Origin: Botryllus schlosseri
Lineage: Eukaryota
Direction: 5' to 3'
NCBI GenBank assembly: GCA_051294905.1
Contig: CM119371.1
Location: 27,840,001 to 27,904,000 of the forward strand
DNA length: 64,000 bases
Under the pieces are notes generated by a model. The model ran no database searches. It was not told the DNA's origin and saw only the letters and a list, made by a program, of their open reading frames with translations. Of this stretch, positions 24,835 through 36,500 are shown one piece after another. Both the position numbers and the translations under genes were made by a program. Within the stretch, counting starts at the first letter, position 1. Each line of letters opens with the position of its first letter.

Positions 24835-27800
24835 TATTATCCGATGGTCCTCCTTGTAGGGGGCACCATCACACTATTCCTTACTTATATTTTAATCTTC
24901 CCTCAACGTTTCGCATAGATATTTTGTTAGCATATGTCGTAGATAGCGCGAAAGTTTTTAGTGGGTGTGAATAATCGTCAGTGATACATGGTTAAAAATA
25001 ATGAGGTGACGCCAGGATTTTCCCTTATGAAAAAGCCTCATCCCAATCGCGATAATGCCTATATTGTATTCGAATATATATGATCTTCAAATTCAAGGAA
25101 GCAGAATAAAATGTAATCCTACTAATTGTTAACACTTTTTCGAGATTTTGCTATAATCGAAATCTTTGAAGTAATCGTCATCGTGATTCATTATTCTATG
25201 TCTGTGCCAAGGCAGAGAATAATTGCTGTGGTTGGGTAGAATCTGATATCTTTTGTTATACAATAGTATGTGACTTTTGTGTGCTATATAAATACATTCT
25301 ATTCAATGTTTTGTTGCACTAATCAGGTTAAAATCGAGAAGTCTCTTTTAGCAAGAGATATTAATGGAGCTGCGATGCGAAGATGATAGTCCTTCATTTA
25401 ATAGTCTCCAAATCACGTAAATGCAACGAACGCTAGCACTCGGAATAGGATATTGTTCTTTTATTTATTCCTGGTTCGATTGCCATCAGCTACAGGTGTG
25501 GCGGGAGTAAAATATCTTTGAATGTATAATTTCATATAATCCAATTGTCACTTTTCTCAGTTGTCGTGCAATCAACTGTTGTTCCATACGAGACCCTGTG
25601 TCACAGTATTGGATTTTTATTATTATTGATAGGCGTGAATGGATCCATAACGTTACTGTAAATATATGTTTAAACAAAATATAGTCAGCCTAATTCTATA
25701 CGTGAAGAAACCAAGAGTGACCTTGCGGCTTAGCATCAAACGTTCGGCCCTTCACTTTTTCGAAGCGTACGTCTACACTACGCGGCATTCTTTGCTGTGC
25801 GGGTATCTAGTGACCCAAAAATGGAGTTGAGTAATGATGAGCATATACTTATATACACTGTTTGCCAATCATCTTCTATCCTTACTCTGTTTTCTAAGTA
25901 GTCGCTATTTGTCCTTATTCATGCCCGTTTGGCCGTGAAGGCTCGATGTTAGCTGACAACTCCGTACGGGAGCGCATAAAACACTAGATTCTATAATAGC
26001 GAGGCAGCGGTTATCCACGCAGTCATACAGGTTGGATTTCAGCTATCTAGTGCATATATATGCCAAGGTATGTTGGCGCGTGAGGCAAATAGAAGACCCT
26101 GCTATCATGGAATGCCGAAATATCGATGTTGTTGTTAGCTACTCGCGTCACACCGATTAACTACCTCTAGCAGTATGTATGAGTAATTTACTCAGAGTAA
26201 GCTACGTAATGGGAAGCGAAAATACTGTAAGTATGTAAGATTCGAAGCAGGATTTGAAGTTGAAAGTAATGAACCGACAGGGATCATCTCTGCTCTTTGG
26301 TAGTCAAATAAATTGTAGTTACAACTATAGTTACGTCAGCATCAGTGGACCCAGCTAGCGAGTATAGTACATGTTCTGTTTATCAACCACCAAGTTAATC
26401 TATCATTGATGACGCTACAATGACTTCACCAACCCCAATTTATTACGTACGCATCAGCTGTTATAATAATCTACAACAGAACTATTCATTCATCATTCGC
26501 AATCTGGCCATCTAACTGTAGTGAGATCCATAGCATAACGGTACCGTGTCACCTTATATGCGGTAGTGCTTTGGATAGCTTATTTCTTGGTTGGACAAGA
26601 CATCGAAGACTCCCGGCTGATATCAGTATGATTTGGATACGAGGTGCGATGTAAAAGAACGGATGCCATGTGCGTAACATACCGCTTCGGTAACTACGCC
26701 GGTAGTTGGATAACGGTACGCATGAGTCATGTGGATATGATTAGAACTATCGACTTCCTTTGGATTATGGAATCATTTCCTTATACATACTCTGTGATCA
26801 ATGCATTTGTAGTAAAATTGGTCCGATATGACTGTGGCATAGTTTCTGTTAGCAATGGAAATGTGCATAGGCCTACTACCGACATCGATCCGCCATTGAA
26901 CAGGAGGACAGTAGTAGTAAGGCTGCTTCTGCAATAGTCCTACCGGTGATACTTTGTGATTGGCTATTTCAGCAGTATTAGGAAGTACTACGGGAAAAAA
27001 GATTATTTTGATTGTGAAGTATCGCGGAAACGCGGCATTTCATGTGGTGATTCGGCTCAGCAATATTTAATTTACTGCAGGCTTATACGACGCTTACCCA
27101 TACAGGGGCACATTGGTCATCGCTCAGCAGAGAATTGTATGTGACTTACGTGAGGCGATTTTAAGCGTTCAACGGTTGATTCCGCACCTGTTATTATCAG
27201 TATTCGGGGTCCTGCTGCGATCAGGGTTTGGTAAAGTTACGCTTAGAGAACCTACGAATCCCATCTAGAATATTCGCAGAGGAATGGTAAACATGTAATC
27301 ATGGCTATTTAGCGCGTACCTCTGCGAAGCTTGAATTTCAGGTGTATCAGTAAATCAAGTATTACACGGGCACTGCTTGTCGTTCAAATCTGATGTACGA
27401 ATACAATCGAGTATGACAGCTGGACACCTTGATTCAAGAATCCATCCTAGTGATTAAGAGTCGCGTATAGTTGGATTAGTTCGGGAGAAGGGCTCTTCGT
27501 CCATGAAAAATATAGTTTCGATACTTTCTTCCGACCGCGGGAGACTTGAAACGTCGATTGGTCGAATATTGACGGAAACGCCATTTCTTCAAACTTGTAC
27601 GAACTAGCAATATAGTGAGCTGACGTTCAACTAACTACCGTTTTTTCAGTACTTTTAGTTCTAATCGCGGATTTTGAGAAGTGAGTAGTTCTAGTTGCGT
27701 GGTTTAAAAAGATAGTTGTCGGGCAACTATAGAAAACACGTGTCGTCGCTTGGCGTGAATTTTGATACCATGTTCTGGGGTGTGATGATCTTGCAGCCAA

Positions 27801-29852
27801 TGCTAGCTCCGACTTGTCACTACATACTGTGATGTATCCGGAGGTGGGTTTTGGTGGTCAAAACCCCTCTCATTTCAACCAAGAAACCCCGTCCTTTTGA
27901 AATGCCGGACCGATTCCGATTAATAACTTTCTTCTGGATTGAATCTACTCCGTTGTGTTTTAGTTAGCCATAGTTGCGGATTTTAAAGGTCGTCAGCCCT
28001 AGATCTCATTCTAGTTGCGCATGATCACGAAGAGCGACGAAATGACCACAATCGGGGAGTACAAACTTGTTTTTATTTCGCGTGACCGGTATTATTTTCC
28101 TTGCTGCCGCAAATAGGATAATATTAGAACTAAGCCCGCGGCACCCGATTTTGCCTTGTCCTGCTAGTGGCAAACATTGAACTAAATGCACGGATCGCAT
28201 GGATGCATGGATGGATGCATGGATACGTTAAGGAAGCACGGTGTGGTATTTCATATTTCGTAATATAATTTGTGTGTCCATAATTATAATCTAATTAGGG
28301 AAAAGCTCTGTACTTAAAATTCCAATTCCAGTCTCATTGCTTTCTTTCCCGGAAATGCCACAGGTGAACTGTATCATGCGAACCGAGCCAATCTTGGTCA
28401 ACAGACTCTTGCCATTCTCGTGCTTATGGAAATCATCACTGATATGATATGAAATATACTTGATATCGTTGCATCTCTTTCTATTTTGGATTTAATTTCC
28501 TAGTTTTTGCGAATTCACTGATTCTAATTCCGATCTACTTTACTACAACTTGCAGTTCTGATTTTAATCTAATCGATTGGCTGCATAATAGTGTAGGTAT
28601 CATACAAGAGCAGTGGTTCTCAACCTTCTTGTCCTCGCTGAGCCCCTTTGGCAAATGACGGACCCCGCGGACCCCTGCCAAGATTTCGTTCAGAGTTAGC
28701 TCAATTGTCGTGCAACCGTCATCTGTCTTGTGCAAATATTATCAGTAGGGTAGCAAAATTCACTTTTCTCGAAATTAAAATCATACTATATATGTAGAAA
28801 TTGGGAATTTCTTATAATTTCAAAGCGAATTCTGTAGCTGCATTTCTTGGAGTACGTGGTCGTGTTTTGAAAATCCGCGCCGTCGATTTGATATTCGAAC
28901 GACTTCCGAAAATCCATTTCTACTAAGATGGATATGATCGCAACAAATTTGAGTGATCGATTTTTGAAGAACATGTAACGGTCGGCCTATAGTCGTTTCC
29001 ATCTAACAGCTCATCTTCAAGTTATTCTGGAAGAGCGGTTATGTATATTACAGGAGAAAACTGATTCATGCAAATAATTTTTTTCCGAAGTACCAATAAA
29101 ACATCTCCAAACAGCAATATGTTTGTATCAGTAGGCTATCGGCTATGTTCGACTATTAAAATGAGTTCGCACAATAGAATATTTCATCTCATTCTGTTTG
29201 GGAAGGGAGTGGCGCAGTTGGTTAAACACTGCAGTCACGACACCAAGTTGGTGGTATTTGATATGTCATATTAAATGTAGATGTATATGAATAAGAAAGC
29301 TGATAAATCTGTAGCTAACACGAATCGTTTAAACTGGTTTTGTAGCATTCTCACTTCATATTTGTTTCGTTCTGCCTGTCTTGTTTTGTCAATGTTAATG
29401 TGTGGGTCATAAAATCGAGGAATAAAGTCGCGCTAGCCAATTTCCCTTCAAATGTCGTTGTATACTTCATTTTGGTGCAGTAATTTCGTAATAATTCATC
29501 ATACTCGTTGTACAGGCGTTTATAAATGCGTGTTCGTGTACAATGAGCTAAGAATTTTGATCGTTATAATTGATTGGTCAGAATACTTACCATTGTATAC
29601 CAATGAACATATATGGACAGCGTTGGTGATGATTCCAGAATGAATGCGCCTTGTATAGCAGCGAACGGCGTGACGACATATTTATATGTCTCTTCTTAGT
29701 GCACAAATATATATATATATATATTATTCAATGGATTTCCCACACTGAATTTGATAATACACAACGCCCTCTTTTGCTGTCAGCTTCATGCAGCGCTGGC
29801 GCTGGCGTCCACTTTGCGAACCGCTTGTTGACTGCGAGAATCGTCACTATAC

Positions 29853-29967
29853 GTATGTTCTTCTTAACTACAACAATAATGATAGGCTACTAAATGTCCG
29901 ATAATTGATTTGCCTATGCCTTCTAGCGACCGATGTAAAAAAAATTACACATTTTGATCTTCTTCAG
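29853..29967 (+). other. Probable 5'UTR intron of gene 2
   Basis: ac|gtatgt donor and tcttcttcag| acceptor 64 nt before the ATG; gene 3 has a homologous acceptor (ttctctag|attagtttc, 55260-55258). Confidence 0.5.
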
Positions 29968-30031
29968 GTTAGGTTCTTTGTAAAATATTTCCAATCCAGT
30001 GCCCCCCCCTCCCCCGACACGAATTCGCGTC

Positions 30032-30555
30032 ATGAAAATACTGCAATCATGGAACGCTCTTTTATTTGTAATCTTTGCCTTGTCCACCGTCTGTTTCTTC
30101 ATGTACTACACCGCCAGAAACTCGGAGATATTGAAAACGCAACGACGCTCCTTTACGAAGGAACAAGCCGAAAAAACTATTGCACCCTATGAGCCTTCGT
30201 TGCGAGACGCGATGACTGCGTCTCGAACAGTTCATTGCGACGAAGTTACAGAGATCAAATATCAAGTGCACGCCGGCGGTTTATCGGGAAAGATGAAAAT
30301 AGATACCGGCGCGTCGCAGATGAATTATTGGAATGATATAGGCGAGGTTTTTCCAGTCAATCAAAGCTTGACGTATATGGGGAAATACACGACCAAGTAC
30401 AATCACCTGGTGGACGACGCGGCGGTTATTCACGGGCCGCGGGACAGCAATCGCGTGCAGCGTATCGCTGTCATTATTCCCTTTCGTGACCGACATTCGC
30501 ATTTGAGGATATTTCTGGGGCATATTTTGCCTGTTTTGCGACGGCAGGGGAACAC
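30032..30555 (+). CDS. Gene 2 coding exon 1 (TM, stem, PFRDR)
   Basis: ATG at 30032 (MKILQ, aligns with MRILQ of gene 3); gtaagt donor at 30556. Confidence 0.92.
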
Positions 30556-33500
30556 GTAAGTGCTACGTTATGCCTCCTTTATTATGACTTCCATATGTGC
30601 GACGCTATACCCCGCATTGAATCCATTCGCCAACTGATATATACGTATCTGGGTATGAAATCGTAGCAACCATATCAGCGAACTAATATATTTGTCTCTG
30701 GATATGAAAGCATACCAGTCACATTCGCCGACTGATGTATAATTATGACTTTCTGTATTAAAGGATAGCAACGCAATTCGCTAAAATATATTTGTCTCTG
30801 GGTAAAAAAAGTGGCAACGGCATTTGCAAACTGATAGGCCTATGCATGAATGTATAATGACACTCGCCAGGTATTATATACGCCTTGGTAACAAAATATA
30901 TCAACGATAGTAATAAATTTATAAATACCACCCAAATAATGTTTCACTATTGGATATAGCGTGTACTATTGATGGTGCGAACCCCTGAAAGTTTCCGGTT
31001 CGTGTGAACTCGCACCTTTTTGAAAGTTTCTGTGGGAACGCGAACGTAAACCTATGACGTCAGGTGACGTCATATTGCTAATTCCAACCCTACATCTCAG
31101 TGAAGTGATATACAAGATACCCAGCGACGACTCATGCCACATTATGCCCTAATGATAAAGTATAGATGTTGACTTTTTTAACGCCCCCAAATGTATCAAC
31201 TGTGCAAAATATCTCCCGTGGATTTGCCAACAATTTCGACGATGACTTACATGGGAATATAAGCTTACGCCTTAACGGTCTAGGCCAGACCGGACAATGT
31301 ATTCGCCGTATGACTATTGCTATATTGATATTCAGTATAGTGCAGGGGTTCTCAAAGGATGGGCCATGGCCCACTGGTGGGCCGCAGGAGCAATTGAGGT
31401 GGGCCACGAAGCTCTTTAGAAAATTTTAGAATTGATGTTTAGTTTAGTTATATTTGTTATATTAATCGCTAAAAATATATTCATAATATCTAATTATATG
31501 TAGGCTACGTAAAGTTCTTAATCTGACTCTGATGAGACGTAGTGGCACGTATGGAGTCAGCATGTTCAAGTCGAAAACGGGAGGGAGAAACGGCGGCTTT
31601 TTCCACTGGCTATGACAACCTACGGCTAATAGCAACTAAAATAATTTTGAGTATATAATAACTGGAAGGTAATATACTGAAGTAACCAAGTAGTCCGGCT
31701 AGGTCATATGTCGTATGCCGTTGAAAGGGGTGTGCAATAAACTCGGAATGAAGAGTAATTGAGGTATAGATTTATTGTACTTAGGCAAGTCGTATTATTG
31801 TAAGATAAAAAGAGCCATAATTGCAAATTATTACCAACTTCTGGTGGAGATATCTGCATCCCCGCAACGAATCGTATTGGATTGAGGATTTAGCGGAGCT
31901 CATTAATCTTTGGAGTCGGTTTAAAATGTCCGCCCTCGAAATCATTGTACATGATGTAAGAGTCAAATGAATTGATTGTAATCATTGGATTGAATATTCT
32001 GACATCGCAACTTCAGTTGGTTGGTACAAGAGATACAATGTGCATTGTGCAGCATGCGTATTAAATAAATCTTTCTCCACTTCTCTGCAGTACCCCATTC
32101 ACCAATGAATTGTTTGAAGCTGACCCAGAATGAATATATTATTCCCCACAATAGTGGAACTAAAATCCCAATCGCACAGCAGATGCGTGGATTTGATCAT
32201 TGTGTTTCGCGACGCGAATGGAGCAGCGGACGATCATAATATACACAGAGTTTTAGCCTATGATCTACCAGGGCCGTAACAGCTGCACCCAAACCCCCAA
32301 TTGCGGGAGCTCGAAGGGGCCCAAGATTATTTCGTTGGTCGTTTGTTGGAGAATATTTATTAGACATGAAAATTTTCGTCGCGCTTCGCGCGATTTCATG
32401 GGCCGAAAGGTCTGCATTAAAATATCATCAGTAAATCAAGAGAAAAATGCGCATATTTTAGAGAAATAGGCATATCGGCGCCGTCCATTACCACGCATTG
32501 AACAGGATTATGACTAAGATAAGATGTGGGCCACATCACATTTTCAACCCGGAAAATGGGCCACGGCCGAGAAAGGGCTGATAACCCCTGGTATAGTGTA
32601 AAACGGGTTTCTACACTTGCTATACCGACATCACCTGATAAACAAGTTATACAATACCCAACACGACAATAGCACAGATTTGGTTTTTATGATACAATAA
32701 ACATATCAAATCAAGTTGGATCCCTACGCCTGCTAGATTTTTTAACATCAGACAGCAGTGTATTCTTTATATCCATTTCATTGATTGGTGTCATCATTCG
32801 CTGACTAGCTACTAGGGATGGTGTGAACGTGAGGTTCACGTTCGCGTTTTGTGTGTGAACCTCAGAAATTTAGAGGTTCACGTTCACAAACGAACCTTGG
32901 TAGGTTCTGCACTGTGAACCTTTTTGATTTGTTCCTATTTTCACTTCATTATAAAACCTTTGGTTGAAATGTATTGCATTTCCACTGCGTGCGACTCTAT
33001 GCATGGCGCTGGCAGCATAAAAAATGAACATTAAGCGAGCACGAGCATGCACCTTGACAATCTCAAAAATTTTACTTGCTCTGCTACTAAAGTTTGCTCG
33101 AAATATCCAGCGATCCGTTTGTGAATATTCATGACTCTTTGCTGTGAGCTTGACACGCAATCACACACCAAGAGCGAAATAAACTACATGGTCAGTTAAT
33201 GATGCAACCAATCGATGGAATTGATATCGTTATCTGATGTAAAAAATCTAGCAGGCGTACTGGCTCAATCTTGATTTTATATGCTCATTGTATCATAAAA
33301 ACCAAATCCGTGCGATTGGGGTGTTGGCTTGTTGCTTGTTGCTGTACAACTTGATATTGGGTTAATATCGGCAGCAAGTATAAAAACCCGTTTTACGCTC
33401 TGCTCAATATCAACGCAGCAATACAGACGCCGAATACATTGTTCAGCCGGGCCCAGACCGTTGAGGTGCAAGTCCTCGTCGAAATGGTTGGCGAAGCAAC

Positions 33501-36500
33501 GGAAGATGCTGATTTATGGGATTATTATGTCATTTCATTGCCCCAGTTGATACATTTGGAGACGTTTAAAACGTCAATATGTAGGCTACATCAGCTTCAG
33601 CATCGTGGCATTAAGCGGTCCGAGTCGTTGCTAGGTATCGTGTTCATTAATATTGGCTGTCACTTCACTGAAATGTAGGATTGGAATAAGCAATATGACG
33701 TCACGTGACGTCATGAGGCTCACTTTCGCGTTCACACAGAACCTTTCGAAAAGGTTCGCGTTCACACCATCCCTACTAGCTACATTACGGGTCACCAGCT
33801 GATATGAATGGGCATTGGGCATATTGTCTTGAAGTACAATGTCGTAAACATCTGTTCAAGGTTTTGTAAACGGCTTGGGGCTTTCCCACAAGATCAAGCT
33901 TTACGAGGTAATAGCCGTTCAGCTAGTGTATAACGTGTCTATAGCTATAGCAACAATGCCGATTCCTTAGTCAATGAAAAGCGTTGCCAGGCATCGTGCA
34001 CAGCTCTGAAATCGAAATAAAATGAAAGTAATGATCATGATTTTCTTGCCGTATTTGTATTTCTTTATGAAAATATTCCTTCTTTTGTTGTAGCTATGCC
34101 CGTTGCCTATGTTAGAGAGCACATCTTTGTATTGGCGTAATGTTTTAGAACGTGGTTGCTAAACTGTGTGGCCTATCTGATATCGATATTGAATTCATGC
34201 GGCGGCCTGTATGAAATTTGAAATGTGGCGACCCCTTACCTACATGTAGTGTATTTCGCTCTTGATGTTGTGTGATTGCGGCTCAAGCTCACGGCAGAGA
34301 GTCACTAAATATTCACAAACGGGACAGCTTCGAGCTAAGTTTTGTAACAAAACAAGTATGGTTTTTGTGATTGGCAAGGTGCATGTTCGTTAACTGTTAT
34401 TTTTTTTATGCTTCCAGCGCCATTCATAGAGTGCTCCGAAGGTGAAATGCAAAGAATTTTAATGGAAGATGTTATAATGACGTGAAAATGTAATATATTT
34501 GGTAGGTTCGCAGTGCAGAACCTACCAAGGTTCGTTTGTGAACGTGGACCTCTAAATTTGTGAGGCTCACACACAGAATGCGAACGTGAACCTCTCGTTC
34601 ACACCATAACTAGCTTGTACCACTCGACTAATTAATGCTATAATATTTGTATGCACTATTTTCGGGTTAAAATCTAGGTTCTTACAACAACTGTTGGGTA
34701 CGGGCCCATACCTATCGGGTTTGAGCCCAATATTCACTCCCGGATTCGATAACGTGGTATTTTGGAGCTATCGAAAACAAAGACATTCAGTTAATCATTC
34801 TGGTCAGAAAGCTTGAGTCATATCAACTGTACAAATGGCTCTCAAAAGTGGTATAGAACCACCCTTACAGATTTCGAGACGCAGTGTGAATGCAATATAT
34901 CATACCTATAGTTCAAAACATTTTGTCGGGAAAATCCATATCTAGTGTGATTCAACCGTGTTAAGGGAGATTTTTCTATCTGAAAGTACGCGCAGGAAGC
35001 GTAAAAAACACATTTTTGATAACATATCGTAACCACTGCATTCGTGGAAACATATCGTCTGTATATTTCGCGCGTAGCCCAACGAACATTTTGGATAATT
35101 GATGAATTTTGTTTGGAATGAATGAATGAATAAATTTTGCTAATAGATCTTCAGAATATACAGAACTATAGGACTTTATATCCCTATGACAACTGCTACG
35201 CCATCTGTACAGTTACACCATTTTTCTTCGGCGCCCACATAACGCCCTAGATCCCCTCATATCGCCCCTGAGTGTGTCCGCCTCCTTTGCAATCCAAATC
35301 GCTCCCAAGGGGACGCTGGCTTCATGGTTAAGAACCACGTATTTAGTTCAACACCGTACTCGATTAAGGCTAAGTCTCACTCGCACCTTGGGCCGTGACT
35401 AAATCCAGCGTTGCCATCCAGCTTCAGCATATTCGTGGTCGAACAAGCCGGAGCCGATACTTTCAACAAAGGGCGCCTCATGAACTCGGGATTCAAGTTC
35501 GCGCGTACCGTCGGTAACAAGCTCGACATGCCGTTCGACTGCTTTATATTTCAGGACGTTGACACGCTGATCGAGAATGACAACCTGCTGTACAGGTATT
35601 GCTTACTTTATCGCGCATATGTATTGTGCGTTGTGGCATGGAAACTAAATAATTCTAGTAGTGTAATTCGAATAATTAAAGAAAATGCCGCCAATCTAAT
35701 TCTAAACTAGTTTGTCAAATGTTTCCTTGCTGTTATTCTAATTCTAATCTATGATTTATAGTTTTCCTGAAAATGTTACTCGAGAGCTGTATAGTACGAA
35801 GCGAGCGAAGCTCGGTCTAGACATTTGCTATTCACTCGCTTATGTGAATGTATTTGATCTGAATTGAGTTTAATTCAATGTCCAAGTGTTCGGGAATTCT
35901 GTAATTCTCATCATAATATAACTTGTGTAGCTATAATCAGGGATGTGACCAAGTCACAAAGCTCCGAGTCGCAAATCAATCTCACTTTTATAGATTTGAC
36001 TCGAGTCGAGTCATTTTCAATTCATCACCGAGTCAAGTCCAAGTCCAAGTCAGTGAGAATAGGTGCTAGTCCGAGTCATGGTAACAATAATCGAGTCTGA
36101 GTCCGAGTCATTGTGTTGACTGCTCAGTACCCAGTTAAAGTCTTGGTAATCCTACTTTTTATAACTCTGTTTGGTGATATCGAATGGTTCGCATTCATAA
36201 TATACTAATTCTCCTCACTTTTAGCAGTTTCCGGTTGTATTTTCAAGTACCAGTACCAATAGACGAAATCTCAATAGTGTGGGTACTTTACTATTCTCCG
36301 AAATTACTCTGAAATGTCGATCTCGGCCGTCTGAGTCTCGAGTCATGTGAGTCGGTTCGAGTCATGCCCAATGACTCGAGTCCAAGTCGAGGCAATAAAG
36401 TGAATAAACAGATTGACTCGAGTCGAGTCATTTCCGTATTTTGAGAAAATGAATCGAGTCAAGTCGAGACATCAGAAGAAGTTGACTCGAGTCGGACTCA

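Larger units (their letters stand above)
30967..34612. mobile_element. Older TAGGGATGGTGTGAAC-family copy carrying nested insertions (gene 2 intron 1)
   Basis: Decayed TIRs tattgatggtgcgaac / gttcacaccataacta; TSD gcgtgtac/gcttgtac. Confidence 0.75.

Noticed and set aside
29999..30031. Upstream GTG start of the 186-aa ORF (MPPPPPTR...)
   Set aside because: Non-ATG start from a prokaryote-style ORF caller; ATG 30032 aligns with the gene 3 start
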